A stretch of DNA of 64,000 nucleotides from positions 3,130 to 67,129 of the forward strand of contig JAKQCM010000240.1 in the NCBI GenBank assembly GCA_029559155.1, written 5' to 3'. The DNA is from Chloroflexota bacterium. Its GTDB lineage: Bacteria > Chloroflexota > Anaerolineae > Promineifilales > Promineifilaceae. Below are positions 26,814 through 37,415 of the stretch, one piece after another. Below the pieces are notes generated by a model. The model saw only the letters and a program-made list of their open reading frames with translations. It did not search any database and was not told where the DNA came from. Every line of letters starts with the position of its first letter. Position 1 is the first letter of the stretch. Made by a program: the position numbers and the translations under genes.

Positions 26814-27839
26814 ATGACCAACGAGCTACAAACAATATCACAAACCATGTTGGCCGCCCTGAACGACGAAATGCGGTCTGTTCTTCAAGCCAACAACACG
26901 ATGCCGGATACCTTTCACGGCATGATCCACTACCACATGGGCTGGGTGGACGAATCTTTTCAACCTGTCAATGTGCACCCTGGGAAGCAGATACGGCCGT
27001 TACTCTGCTTGCTCACGTGCCAGGCGGCCGGCGGCGATTGGCGGCAAGCCTTACCTGCCGCCGCCGCCATCGAAATCCTGCACAATTTCTCGCTGGTCCA
27101 CGATGATATCGAGGACGCCAGCCCCACTCGACGCGGCCGCCAGACCATGTGGCAAATTTGGGGCATCGAACAAGCCATCAATACCGGCGACGCCATGTTT
27201 GCCTTCGCCCACCTGGCCATGAACCGACTGATAGAACGAGGCGTGGCTGCCCCCATCGTCGTGCAGGCGCTGCGCCGTTTCGACGAAACCTGCGTGCGTT
27301 TAACCCAAGGCCAGCACGCCGATATGGATTTCGAGAAGCGTATAGAAGTTAGCGTAGCTGAATATATGGCGATGATTGAAGGGAAAACGGCCGTGCTCGT
27401 TTCGCTCAGCACAGAATTAGGCGCACGAATCGCCGGCGCAAACGAAGACACAGTAGCCCACTACACGCAGTTTGGCCTCGATCTCGGCCTGGCCTTCCAG
27501 GTGAAAGACGATATCCTCGGCATTTGGGGCGACGAATCACTCACCGGCAAATCGGCCGCCACAGACATCATCACCAAAAAGAAAACGCTCCCGGTCCTTT
27601 ACGGCCTGGAGCAAAGCGAAGCCCTGCGGCAGCTCTACCGGCAACCGGCCGCCAACGATACATTCGTCCGCGAGGCCATCCAAATCCTGGATGCCTGTGG
27701 GGCGCGCACCTTTACCCAAAATCGGGCCAGCGCATATTCCGAAGGCGCAGTTGATCACCTGCAAGCGGCTCATCCAAGTGGCAGTGCCGCTGTCGCCCTG
27801 CAAACACTCACAGAAATGCTGCTGCAGCGCAACGCATAA
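26814..27839 (+). CDS. polyprenyl (geranylgeranyl-type) diphosphate synthase
   Basis: First Asp-rich motif LVHDDIED. Second KDDILG. Confidence 0.9.
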   Translation: MTNELQTISQTMLAALNDEMRSVLQANNTMPDTFHGMIHYHMGWVDESFQPVNVHPGKQIRPLLCLLTCQAAGGDWRQALPAAAAIEILHNFSLVHDDIEDASPTRRGRQTMWQIWGIEQAINTGDAMFAFAHLAMNRLIERGVAAPIVVQALRRFDETCVRLTQGQHADMDFEKRIEVSVAEYMAMIEGKTAVLVSLSTELGARIAGANEDTVAHYTQFGLDLGLAFQVKDDILGIWGDESLTGKSAATDIITKKKTLPVLYGLEQSEALRQLYRQPAANDTFVREAIQILDACGARTFTQNRASAYSEGAVDHLQAAHPSGSAAVALQTLTEMLLQRNA

Positions 27840-27966
27840 TTTCCATCTCGCAGCTCGGTCTGATCAGTTTTCAACAAAACAACCAGGCATTGTCCTGTCA
27901 TTCTGAGCGAAGTCTTCAGAGCAAAGAATCCCTATAACCTGATTATTCCAAACAAGCCTAAAAACC

Positions 27967-27999
27967 AAAAGGGCGATTCGTCATGAATCGCCCTTTTTT
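27967..27999. terminator. bidirectional rho-independent terminator
   Basis: GGGCGATTC-GTCAT-GAATCGCCC flanked by AAAA and TTTTTT. Lies between the convergent polyprenyl synthase and rpoC genes. Confidence 0.85.
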
Positions 28000-28024
28000 G
28001 TGTTCCGTCAGCTTAGTTTTACAA

Positions 28025-31000
28025 CTAATCGATGTCTACATTACCCGACAAGCGCTGGGCATCAGCCGCATCAATCGCCGCCGCCGCCGCAATCGCCGCA
28101 AGAATGTCTTCATCCGTATCATCACCAATCAACGTTTTACTTAAATCGATGTCCTCCGGAAGCGCAGAAATCACATCCGCTTCTTCGCGGGCTTCGAGTT
28201 GTTCCTGGTGTTTTTTATAGCCGGTACCGGCTGGAATCAACTTACCGATGATCACGTTTTCTTTCAAGCCATGCAGTTGGTCTTCACGTCCACCGATGGC
28301 CGCTCCGGCCAATACCTTGATAGTGTGCTGGAACGAACTGGCCGAGAGGAAGCTCTCGGTATTCAGCGCAGCTTTGGTAACGCCTAACAAGACGGCTTCG
28401 GCCTGACCCGGAATACCACCTTCTTCGATGATTTCCTCGTTGTTAGCCTGGAAAATCGCCAGATCGATCAGTTCGCCGGGCAGCATTTCTGTATCGCCAG
28501 AGGCTGTTACGACCACTTTGCTCAACATCTTACGGATAATCACCTCGAAGTGTTTATCGTGGATGTTTTGCCCTTGCGGCCGATAGACGATCTGCATTTC
28601 ACGCAGCAAGTATTGGGTGACGGCATCGCGGCCTAAAATATCCAGAATGCGATGAGGGTTCTTGGAACCTTCTGTAAGTTGATCCCCGGCATTCACTTGT
28701 TGCCCATCGGAAATCAACATGCGCATACCGGCGGGAATTTCATAGTCGCGCTCGTCGCGGCTTTCCCAAATAATCCGTAGACCTTTGGCGTCTTTTTGCA
28801 CACGGCCACCATGACGCGCCGGAATGATCTCGTCGTCTTTTTCAGCGATGATTGTGCCAGCATCGATTTCTTCGTTGTTTTCGATTTTTAGCAGCCAGTC
28901 GGCCGGGATATCGTAAGCATCTTCCACCAGCTTGCTTTCGGTGATGAAGACGTGGCGTACGCCATCCACGACGCGAATTTCGGCGATACCGCCAATTTCA
29001 GTCATAACTGCTTCACCCTTGGGCCGCTGGCGGGCTTCGAAGAGTTCTTCAACACGGGGCAAACCCTGGGTGATGTCGCCAGCGGCGGAAGCGGTACCGC
29101 CGGTGTGGAATGTGCGCAAGGTTAACTGTGTGCCGGGTTCGCCAATGGATTGCGCGGCCACAATACCAACGGCCGTTCCCAATTCCACCAGCTTACCACG
29201 CGCCAGATCGATCCCGTAGCACTTCTTGCAAACACCGCGCCGCAGCTCACAGGTCATTGGCGAATAAACATACACTTCGGCGATGCCCAGTTCATCGACT
29301 TCTTGAGCCAGTTCGTCGGTAAACAGTTCGTTTTCGTGGATGATGATTTCGCCCGTTTCCGGATTGACGATGTTTTCGCCGGCGGAACGGCCGTATAACC
29401 GCTCTGCCAACGTCTGCTTGCCAAAATTATCCGACCGGCGGACATAAATGCCTTTCTTCGTTCCGCAGTCATCGGACATGATGATAATGTCTTGGGCGAT
29501 GTCCACCAGACGGCGTGTCAGATAACCGGCATCGGCCGTACGCAGCGCCGTATCCGCCAACCCCTTCCGCGCGCCGTGCGTCGAGATGAAGTATTCCAGG
29601 GTGTTTAAACCCATGCGGAAATTCGACTGAATCGGCACCACGATAATCCGACCGCTGGGGTCAGCCATCAAACCGCGCATACCGGCCAACTGGGTAATAG
29701 GGCCAAAACCGCCCTTCCCTGCGCCAGACAGAGCCATGATCGCAATCGGGCTGCCCGGATCCATCGCGTTTCGCACCGCTTTTTCCACCTGATCTTTGGC
29801 GTTGTTCCACTGCTCAACCGTGCGTTGATATTGTTCGTCTTCTGTCAGCAGCCCGCGCCGATACTGGCGGTCAATTTCGTCCACTTTCTTGCGCGCGCCT
29901 AACAAAATCTCGCCGCGCTCTTCCGGCACAGTCAGGTCGGCCACGGCAATGGTCGTGCCAGAAATCGTGGCGTACTTGAAGCCGATATTCTTGATGCTGT
30001 CCACCAGTTCAATTGTGGCATCGTCGCCCAGCAGGCGGTAAACCTTGTTGATCAACGAGGTGACGCCGCCCTTGTCCAGGACACGGTTCACAAAACGCGC
30101 TTCGCGGGGCAAGGACAGGTTAAACAACACCCGCCCCGGCGATGTTTCGATAATGTGATGGCGCGGTTTACCATCGACGTAACGTTCGTGGTTGTCTTTG
30201 TAGTATGTTTCAGTTTCCAGTTTGATACGGGCATGGATGTCCACATAACCAAGGTCGTATGCGGTTTGGACTTCTTCCATGGAGCTAAAGACGCGGCCTT
30301 CACCGAGACGGCCGTCTTGCATCAGCGTCAGGTAATACACACCCAACACCATGTCCTTAGACGGACCCACAATCGGCTCGCCGTTCGCCGGTTTCAGCAG
30401 GTTGCGCGTGGCCATCATCAACGATTTAGCCTCTTCCACAGCCCGATCCGACAACGGCACATGCACGGCCATCTGGTCGCCGTCAAAGTCCGCATTAAAC
30501 GCGGCGCAAACCAGGGGGTGCAGTTTGATGGCTTTGCCTTCCACCAACATCGGCATAAACGCCTGAATACCCAGGCGATGCAATGTCGGAGCGCGGTTCA
30601 GCATAATCGGCCGTCCCACGATCACTTCTTCCAACACCTGCCACACCTCTGGCTGCTGGCGTTCGATAAAGCGACGCGCGCCTTTCACATTGCTGGCATG
30701 ACCATACTTCACCAATTTGCTGATGACAAACGGCCGGAACAGTTCCAGCGCCATTGTTTTCGGCAAACCGCATTGGCCTAACTTCAATTTCGGCCCAACC
30801 ACAATCACCGAACGCCCCGAATAATCGACGCGCTTGCCCAACAGGTTGCGACGAAAACGCCCTTTCTTGCCCTTCAGCATATCCGAAAGCGATTTCAACT
30901 CGCGACGGCCGCGGCGGCTAAGCGCCTTGCCGCGCTGGCTGTTATCGATCAGGCTGTCGACGGCTTCTTGCAACATGCGCTTTTCGTTGCGCACAATCAC

Positions 31001-32362
31001 GTCCGGCGCGCCCAACTCCAACAAGCGCTTCAGGCGGTTGTTACGGTTGATGACGCGACGATACAAATCATTCAGGTCCGAAGTAGCAAAACGGCCGCCG
31101 TCCAACTGCACCATCGGGCGCAAATCTGGCGGAATAACCGGCAAAACGGTCAATATCATCCACTCTGGGCGGTTGCCGCTCTGGCGCAGGGCTTCCACAA
31201 CCTGCAACCGGCGCGTGGCGCGTTTTGCGGCTTGCTTGGAGCGCGTGGTACGCACTTCTCGCCACAGATCGCGTGACAATTTGTCCAAATCCATGCGCCG
31301 CAAAATTTCGTACAACGCTTCAGCGCCCATATCGGCCTTAAAAACATTGCCAAATTTGCTCTTTAGCTCACGGTATTCGGTCTCGTTCAAAAATTGCATT
31401 TGCGCCAGGCTTTCCAACTGTTCGCGGTTAGACTGGTACTGCTGCCGCAAGCGAGATTGCTTCATGCCGATGAAGTCTCGTTTTTCTTGTCCGACAGCCT
31501 GGGTTTCAGAACGCAGCTCAGCAATTTCTTTCTGCAAGGCAGCCACTTGTGACTGATGATCTTCTTCATGTTCGTGCTGCACGCGGGTCAGGCGGTCAGT
31601 CGTGATTTCTTGCACCAAAACTGCATGTTCGCGGCCAATGGACTGCCCTTTCTGGACAATGATTTCTCCATCCAGAATAATGTCTTCAGTGGCCGGATTT
31701 TTCTTCATGTTTTCCAGCCGCTGTTCCATCATTTTGGCTTCACGCACTACTTCATCCGTGATCTCAGCCAAACGATCATCAAATGTCGCGTTCAGTTCTG
31801 CTAATTGGCCTTCCAATTCTTCAAGACGAGCGGTGACGTCCAGCGTAGCATCGGCAACTTCGCCTTGCATTTCTTTTTCCAGACGCAGTTCAGCTTCTTC
31901 CAGTTCGTCGTCAAGACGTTTAAGGGCGCGCTGACGTGCTTCCTCATCGACATTGGTTGTAACATATTGCGCAAAATAGAGAACACGATCCAAATTTCGG
32001 CGGGAAACGTTTAAAAGTAAGCCCATGTGGCTGGGGACGCGGCGTGTGTACCAAACGTGCGCTACGGGAGCTGCGAGTTCAATATGCCCAAGGCGTTCGC
32101 GTCTGACCGAGGAGCGGGTAATTTCTACTCCGCATTTGTCACAAACAATACCCTTGTATCGGATATTTTTATATTTGCCGCAGTAACACTGCCAATCCCG
32201 TGTTGGGCCAAAGATGGCCTCACAAAACAGACCATCTTTTTCCGGCCGTAAGCGGCGGTAGTTGATGGTTTCAGGCTTGGTGACTTCACCGTAAGACCAA
32301 GACCTAATTTGTTCGGGGGATGCTAGACTGATTTTCAGCGAGCGGAATTCTGTTGTATCCAC
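28025..32362 (-). CDS. rpoC: DNA-directed RNA polymerase subunit beta-prime
   Basis: [29 protein letters not shown] and other universal beta-prime blocks. Likely GTG start at 32362, 7 nt after GGGAGG. The ORF track uses TTG at 32377. Confidence 0.97.
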   Translation of the reverse strand: MDTTEFRSLKISLASPEQIRSWSYGEVTKPETINYRRLRPEKDGLFCEAIFGPTRDWQCYCGKYKNIRYKGIVCDKCGVEITRSSVRRERLGHIELAAPVAHVWYTRRVPSHMGLLLNVSRRNLDRVLYFAQYVTTNVDEEARQRALKRLDDELEEAELRLEKEMQGEVADATLDVTARLEELEGQLAELNATFDDRLAEITDEVVREAKMMEQRLENMKKNPATEDIILDGEIIVQKGQSIGREHAVLVQEITTDRLTRVQHEHEEDHQSQVAALQKEIAELRSETQAVGQEKRDFIGMKQSRLRQQYQSNREQLESLAQMQFLNETEYRELKSKFGNVFKADMGAEALYEILRRMDLDKLSRDLWREVRTTRSKQAAKRATRRLQVVEALRQSGNRPEWMILTVLPVIPPDLRPMVQLDGGRFATSDLNDLYRRVINRNNRLKRLLELGAPDVIVRNEKRMLQEAVDSLIDNSQRGKALSRRGRRELKSLSDMLKGKKGRFRRNLLGKRVDYSGRSVIVVGPKLKLGQCGLPKTMALELFRPFVISKLVKYGHASNVKGARRFIERQQPEVWQVLEEVIVGRPIMLNRAPTLHRLGIQAFMPMLVEGKAIKLHPLVCAAFNADFDGDQMAVHVPLSDRAVEEAKSLMMATRNLLKPANGEPIVGPSKDMVLGVYYLTLMQDGRLGEGRVFSSMEEVQTAYDLGYVDIHARIKLETETYYKDNHERYVDGKPRHHIIETSPGRVLFNLSLPREARFVNRVLDKGGVTSLINKVYRLLGDDATIELVDSIKNIGFKYATISGTTIAVADLTVPEERGEILLGARKKVDEIDRQYRRGLLTEDEQYQRTVEQWNNAKDQVEKAVRNAMDPGSPIAIMALSGAGKGGFGPITQLAGMRGLMADPSGRIIVVPIQSNFRMGLNTLEYFISTHGARKGLADTALRTADAGYLTRRLVDIAQDIIIMSDDCGTKKGIYVRRSDNFGKQTLAERLYGRSAGENIVNPETGEIIIHENELFTDELAQEVDELGIAEVYVYSPMTCELRRGVCKKCYGIDLARGKLVELGTAVGIVAAQSIGEPGTQLTLRTFHTGGTASAAGDITQGLPRVEELFEARQRPKGEAVMTEIGGIAEIRVVDGVRHVFITESKLVEDAYDIPADWLLKIENNEEIDAGTIIAEKDDEIIPARHGGRVQKDAKGLRIIWESRDERDYEIPAGMRMLISDGQQVNAGDQLTEGSKNPHRILDILGRDAVTQYLLREMQIVYRPQGQNIHDKHFEVIIRKMLSKVVVTASGDTEMLPGELIDLAIFQANNEEIIEEGGIPGQAEAVLLGVTKAALNTESFLSASSFQHTIKVLAGAAIGGREDQLHGLKENVIIGKLIPAGTGYKKHQEQLEAREEADVISALPEDIDLSKTLIGDDTDEDILAAIAAAAAIDAADAQRLSGNVDID

Positions 32363-32525
32363 CAGGTGACCTCCCAAAAGATTTGAAGCTCCGACCCAAT
32401 ATTCACGTTTATCAAGTGACGCTAAGCGTCGGGGGGACTAAAGTGCATAAACACATAAAAGAGCGTATGGCAGTTACGCCAACGCCCTTTGAGTAACCTA
32501 GAACACTTTATAACATAACCAATTT

Positions 32526-32553
32526 ATTCTAGTTGTAAAAAATGATATGTCAA
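32526..32553 (-). promoter_or_regulatory. near-consensus sigma70 promoter for rpoC
   Basis: Minus strand: TTGACA (32553-32548), 16 nt, TAGAAT (32531-32526). A second TTGACA-16-TACCAT lies at 32622-32595. Confidence 0.45.
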
Positions 32554-32649
32554 TAGAATTCTCATGAGAGAACTCTTAAAAAAGCCAATTGGCTATGGTA
32601 GCAAAGAAACTGTAAATGTCAATTTTTTAGCGGGTGGGTTTTTGAATGT

Positions 32650-33742
32650 TTAGGCTGGCTCACCGAGTATGTGTTTGAGGTAAGCTTCCATGAAATCATC
32701 TAAACGGCCGTCTAACACCGCCTGTGTATTGCCTGTTTCATAATTCGTCCGGTGGTCTTTGACCATTTTGTACGGATGCAGTACATAAGAACGTATCTGG
32801 CTGCCCCAACCGGCGTCTACATCTTCCCCTTTAAGCTCGGCCATTTCGGCGTCTTGTTTGCGCCGCTCCAGATCGAATAACTGCGATTTGAGGATGTTCA
32901 TGGCGACCTGCATGTTTTGAGTCAGAGATCGCTGGTTTTGGCAAGAGACAACAATGCCGGTTGGTAGATGCACGATGCGCACGGCCGTTTCGTTCTTTTG
33001 CACATGCTGACCACCGGCCCCACTGGCCCGAAAACGGTCAATGCGTAAATCTTTCTCATCGACCTCAATCTCAATATCTTCGGCCACATCTGGCCAGACT
33101 TCGACTTTAGCAAAAGAGGTGTGGCGTCGTTTGGAAGCGTCATAGGGAGAAATGCGCACCAGACGATGCACCCCACGTTCGGATTGGAGACGGCCGTACA
33201 CATAATCCCCTTCCACCGACATCAAACAGCTCTTAATGCCCGCCTCATCACCGCTGCTTTCATCCAGAATGGTGACCTGAAAACGATGCGCCTCCGCCCA
33301 ACGAATAAACATCCGCTGCAACATCTGCGCCCAATCCTGCGCCTCCGTCCCCCCCGCGCCAGCGTGAATCGCCAAAATGGCGTTCTCGTCATCATACTCG
33401 CCCGAAAACAACGCCCGAAATTCCAACTTAGCTACCAGCTCCGTCAGTTCGGTTAGTTCGCGCTCAATTTCTGCTTCCAAATCCTCATCACCCAAACCAG
33501 CCAGTTCCAACGCATCATTCAGGCGCTTGCTTAATACCTCCCAAACAGTCACCTGTTCTTTTAAGCGTGTCAGATCGCGCATCACCGACTGCGCCCGCTG
33601 CGGATCGTCCCAAAAATTCGTTTCGCTGGCGATGAGCTGAAGTTGTTGAATCTTGTCAATTTTAGCGGCTACGTCAAAGCCGCCTCCGCAAATGATTCAC
33701 CGTTTCTTGTAATTCACCTAATTGCGCAATTAAAGCTTCCAT
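32650..33742 (-). CDS. prfB: peptide chain release factor 2, requires programmed +1 frameshift
   Basis: Frame 0: ATG 33742 MEALIAQLGELQETVNHLRRRL, then in-frame TGA. Frame +1 resumes at 33675: DVAAKIDKIQQLQLIASETNFWDDPQRAQSVMRDL... and runs to 32650. GGQ motif SGAGGQHVQK. RISPYD. Confidence 0.95.
33673..33688 (-). promoter_or_regulatory. RF2 autoregulatory frameshift site
   Basis: The minus strand reads CGGAGGCGG CTT TGA C: an SD-like GGAGG, 3 nt, then the slippery CTT-TGA-C. Confidence 0.9.
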
Positions 33743-33759
33743 CACAAACTCCTTCGCCA

Positions 33760-34710
33760 TTACCCTTCGCTGGCAAACAGGCCATTCACAAATTGATCTG
33801 GGTCAAACGGGGCCAAATCTTCAATCCGTTCCCCCGTGCCAATAAAACGAACCGGCAACCCCAATTCCCGATAGATGGCAAACACCATGCCGCCTTTGGC
33901 CGTGCTGTCCAGTTTGGTCAGAATCACGCCGGTGGCTTTCACGGATTCCTTAAATTTGGCTGCCTGCACCAGGGCATTCTGCCCAGTTGGCGCATCCAAT
34001 ACCAAAAATACCTCATGCGGGGCTGCATGGACGCTTTTACGGCAAACGCCATACACTTTTTCCAACTCTTTCATCAGGTTGAATTTGGTGTGCAGCCGCC
34101 CGGCCGTATCGACAAAGAGCAAATCGTAGCCACGAGCGCGGGTAGCGCGAATCGCATCGTAGGCCGTGGCCGCCGGATCGCCGCCTGGTTGACCAGCGAT
34201 CACCGGCACGCCGGCGCGTTCGCCCCAAATTTTTAATTGATCAATCGCCGCCGCGCGAAAGGTGTCGCCGGCGGCCAAAAGCACATTTTTGCCCAGATTC
34301 TTATAGCGGTAAGCCAACTTGCCGATGGTCGTGGTTTTGCCGGAGCCATTGACGCCAACCACCATCACCACAGTCAGTTGGCGCGGCTGCTCCAATTCAT
34401 ACACAGGCGGATCAACGAGTATCGCACGCATCTCCTGTTTCATCGCCGCCAGCAATTGATCGGCGCGGAAAAGACCCTCGGCTTCGACGCGCTTGCGCAT
34501 GCCAGAAACCAGATCAATGGTAGTTGGCACACCGACGTCAGCCTGAATGAGCAGCGCTTCCAGGTCTTCCCAGGTCTCTTCGGTGATTTCGCCCATACCC
34601 AGAACATTCACAATCTGCCCAAAAACAGTTTGACGGGTACGGTTTAATGATTCACGAATACTTTTAAACAAAGCAACCCTCTTACACCTGACAAGGCAAC
34701 AAAATGACAA
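33760..34710 (-). CDS. ftsY: signal recognition particle receptor FtsY
   Basis: GVNGSGKTTT, DTAGR, TKLD motifs. The true start may be TTG at 34671 (MFKSIRESL..) after AAGAGGG. Confidence 0.93.
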   Translation of the reverse strand: MSFCCLVRCKRVALFKSIRESLNRTRQTVFGQIVNVLGMGEITEETWEDLEALLIQADVGVPTTIDLVSGMRKRVEAEGLFRADQLLAAMKQEMRAILVDPPVYELEQPRQLTVVMVVGVNGSGKTTTIGKLAYRYKNLGKNVLLAAGDTFRAAAIDQLKIWGERAGVPVIAGQPGGDPAATAYDAIRATRARGYDLLFVDTAGRLHTKFNLMKELEKVYGVCRKSVHAAPHEVFLVLDAPTGQNALVQAAKFKESVKATGVILTKLDSTAKGGMVFAIYRELGLPVRFIGTGERIEDLAPFDPDQFVNGLFASEG

Positions 34711-34788
34711 AATAATTTTGTCACGTAGTTTCCTTGATCAGTTCAATTTAATCGATGGAAACAACACGAAAGAGAAGTATAACAATGA

Positions 34789-35013
34789 TCAGGGTGAAGG
34801 CAATTCGATGATTTCGCCATCGGCGGTTAGTTGTTCGATGCGCAGTGTCGCCTGGTTGAGTTGCTTATGGCAGCGGTCGGCCAGTTTTTGGCCTCGTTCG
34901 AAGAGGGTCAGGGATTCATCCAATGTTAATTCTCCGGCTTCCAGTCGGGCCACAATGGTTTCTAATTCTTGTAAGGCTTCTTCAAATGATAAGGTCTCTG
35001 TTTCTTGTTGCAT
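34789..35013 (-). CDS. xseB: exodeoxyribonuclease VII small subunit
   Basis: SFEEALQELETIVARLEAGELTLDESLTLFERGQKL. 74 aa. Confidence 0.9.
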   Translation of the reverse strand: MQQETETLSFEEALQELETIVARLEAGELTLDESLTLFERGQKLADRCHKQLNQATLRIEQLTADGEIIELPSP

Positions 35014-35093
35014 TATTTACCTTTCCTGATTTTGTTGCGTGCTGCGCAGCCTATCCAAACCCGAAATAAGGTTGGCGTGCCTGCTATTTTCGG

Positions 35094-35615
35094 TTAACCG
35101 ATGGTCGGCTGATGATCGCCCTGCAAATATTCTTGTATGCGTATTTTCATGCCGCCGGTCACTTCCGCAGGCAGGTCCGTGAGGGGGAAAAAGCGGTGAT
35201 CGGCGATTTCAAAATCGGTACGGCCGTTTAATTGAAAATCTTCGCACACAAACAACACCACATGATCGCTCTTGCCGCCGTGGAGATAGGAATAAAGACC
35301 CCAGAAACGCACTTCGCCTAACGTCGCGCCAACTTCTTCGGAAGCTTCGCGGCGGGCTGCGGCTTCAAAACTTTCGCCGCGTTTCAGACCGCCGCCGGGG
35401 AAAAACCAGCCGGGCCGATAGGTGTGCCAAACCAGAAGCACCTGGTTGTCCTGGATCATCATCAGGCGTACACCCCAGGCCAATGGCTTGAAGATTCGCC
35501 AATAAATCCCGCCCAGGAAGTAGAGCAGGCGCGCTTTAAGATGCAAGGGAATTCTCGTTTTGCCGCTGCAGCAGATACCAGATGAGCCACACGGCCGTTC
35601 CCAAACACAGCACAA
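35094..35615 (-). CDS. NUDIX hydrolase
   Basis: Canonical Nudix box GGGLKRGESFEAAARREASEEVGA. The listed start overlaps the upstream gene by 80 nt, so the true start is probably internal (e.g. TTG 35546). Confidence 0.8.
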   Translation of the reverse strand: MCCVWERPCGSSGICCSGKTRIPLHLKARLLYFLGGIYWRIFKPLAWGVRLMMIQDNQVLLVWHTYRPGWFFPGGGLKRGESFEAAARREASEEVGATLGEVRFWGLYSYLHGGKSDHVVLFVCEDFQLNGRTDFEIADHRFFPLTDLPAEVTGGMKIRIQEYLQGDHQPTIG

Positions 35616-36186
35616 ACAAACTATAAAACGTCGCCTGGATGCCCATGGAATTAGAGGTCCGTACCGGGTCGCTGGGGTGCATCACCAGCGGCGTGCGCGG
35701 AATTTCCCACAGTAAATAAGCCGCCAGACCGGTGGCGAACAGGCCGCGCCAACGCCATTTTGGCAGCCAACCGGCCAAAACCTGGGCAATAATCGCCACG
35801 GCCGTCACATTAAAGACGGCCAGATTACGCGGTTCACGCCATAAAACGCCGCCCCAGTTCACCTGCTCCGCCCAAAGACTCACCACCACGCCCAATATAA
35901 ATACACCCAACGCCACGCCTCCAATGACCTGCCGCCAGCGGACCAAAAACGGCCGTGCCAGCGCCGCCTCAGCCAGCCCAACCAGGCCATTTACCAGCAT
36001 CAAAGCCATGCCGGTCCAAATCAGGGCCACATGGACGTATACCACTTTGATGCCCGAACCCAAAGATTGTTCGGCCGGAGCAAACGCCACAACGACGCCC
36101 ATCGCCGCCAGCAACGCCGCCAAAATGCCCCACACGACCAGATCGCGCCAGAACGGCCGTTTCCCCACCTTTTCCATGACCATCAC
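35536..36186 (-). CDS. polytopic membrane protein, tentatively CcmC/CcsA-like (heme-handling W-rich motif)
   Basis: VVYVHVALIW and W-rich WAEQVNWGGVLWREPRN resemble the heme-exporter WWD region. Assignment is tentative. Confidence 0.45.
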   Translation of the reverse strand: MMVMEKVGKRPFWRDLVVWGILAALLAAMGVVVAFAPAEQSLGSGIKVVYVHVALIWTGMALMLVNGLVGLAEAALARPFLVRWRQVIGGVALGVFILGVVVSLWAEQVNWGGVLWREPRNLAVFNVTAVAIIAQVLAGWLPKWRWRGLFATGLAAYLLWEIPRTPLVMHPSDPVRTSNSMGIQATFYSLFVLCLGTAVWLIWYLLQRQNENSLAS

Positions 36187-37406
36187 TCACTCACCTCCAC
36201 CGTAAATTGGCCGTCGGCTACCTGAATGGTTAAGCCTTCACCAGCCGCCACCTCGGCGGCGGCCCGCACCAGACGGCCGTCTTGATGACGCACAATCGCA
36301 TATCCCCGCGACAGGGTGGCCAATGGGCTGACGGCCGTCAGGCCCACCTCCGCCACCGCCAGCCGATTCCGCACGCGCACCAGTTGGCTCGTCAGCGCCC
36401 TGTCCAGCCGCGCCGAAGTCACATCCAGGCGCTGCCGATTGTTATCCAGCCGCGCCTGCGGGCTAAGATGGGTCAGCGCGCGCGCCAACGTTTGCACCTG
36501 CCACCGCTTCTGGCGAATCAGATCATCCATGTCGGCCCGCAGCATGGCGGCGTACCCTTGCAGCAACGGCCGAATCTCCTCGATATCCGGCGTGGCCAAT
36601 TCTGCTGCGGCCGAGGGCGTGGGCGCGCGTTGGTCGGCCACAAAATCGGCGATGGTAAAGTCTGTTTCATGCCCCACCCCGGTGATGATGGGATGTTGGG
36701 CGGCAAAAATCGCCCGCGCTACCCGCTCGTCATTGAACGCCCACAAATCTTCAATGGACCCGCCGCCGCGCGCCACAATGATGGTGTCGATGTCGGAACG
36801 GCCGTCCAACCACTGCAAAGCGCGCACAATTTGCGGCGGCGCGTCTGCGCCTTGCACCAGCGTCGGGGCAATCAACACAGACACCAGCGGATAGCGACGA
36901 TTTAACACATTCAAAATATCACGCAGCGCAGCCGCATCGGCCGACGTGACAATGCCAATTTTGCGCGGCGTCAGGGGGATGGGCTTCTTGTGCGCCGCCT
37001 CAAACAATCCCTCATCGGCCAAACGCTGTTTAAGTTGTTCAAAGGCGACAGCCAGATTGCCCCGCCCGGCCGGCTGCATGTGCTCCACATAAAGCTGATA
37101 CACGCCGCCAGCCTCGTAAACAGAGATACGGCCGTTAGCCACCACCGCATCTCCTTCCTCCGGCTGAAAAAACAATCGCTCCGCCGCCGATCGCCACATG
37201 ACGCATTTAATCTGCGCCCCGGCGTCCTTCAACGTAAAATACAAATGACCCGACCGCGCCCGCGTGAAATTAGAAATTTCACCGCTCACTTCCAGGTCTT
37301 GCAGCCGGTAGTCAATGGCAAATAATTCTCGAATGTAGGCCGTCAATTCGCTAACCGTCCAGGCAGATTGGCTCAATTGACCGGTGTCTCTGGCAAATAA
37401 TCCCAC
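36183..37406 (-). CDS. xseA: exodeoxyribonuclease VII large subunit
   Basis: N-terminal OB-fold block SELTAYIRELF...LEVSGEISNFTRARSGHLYFTLKD. 407 aa. GTG start after GAGAGG. Confidence 0.92.
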   Translation of the reverse strand: MGLFARDTGQLSQSAWTVSELTAYIRELFAIDYRLQDLEVSGEISNFTRARSGHLYFTLKDAGAQIKCVMWRSAAERLFFQPEEGDAVVANGRISVYEAGGVYQLYVEHMQPAGRGNLAVAFEQLKQRLADEGLFEAAHKKPIPLTPRKIGIVTSADAAALRDILNVLNRRYPLVSVLIAPTLVQGADAPPQIVRALQWLDGRSDIDTIIVARGGGSIEDLWAFNDERVARAIFAAQHPIITGVGHETDFTIADFVADQRAPTPSAAAELATPDIEEIRPLLQGYAAMLRADMDDLIRQKRWQVQTLARALTHLSPQARLDNNRQRLDVTSARLDRALTSQLVRVRNRLAVAEVGLTAVSPLATLSRGYAIVRHQDGRLVRAAAEVAAGEGLTIQVADGQFTVEVSE

Positions 37407-37415
37407 GATGCCTCT

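Noticed and set aside
34718-35029. 103-aa plus-strand ORF.
   Set aside because: It is antisense to the well-supported xseB gene and spans the ftsY-xseB spacer.
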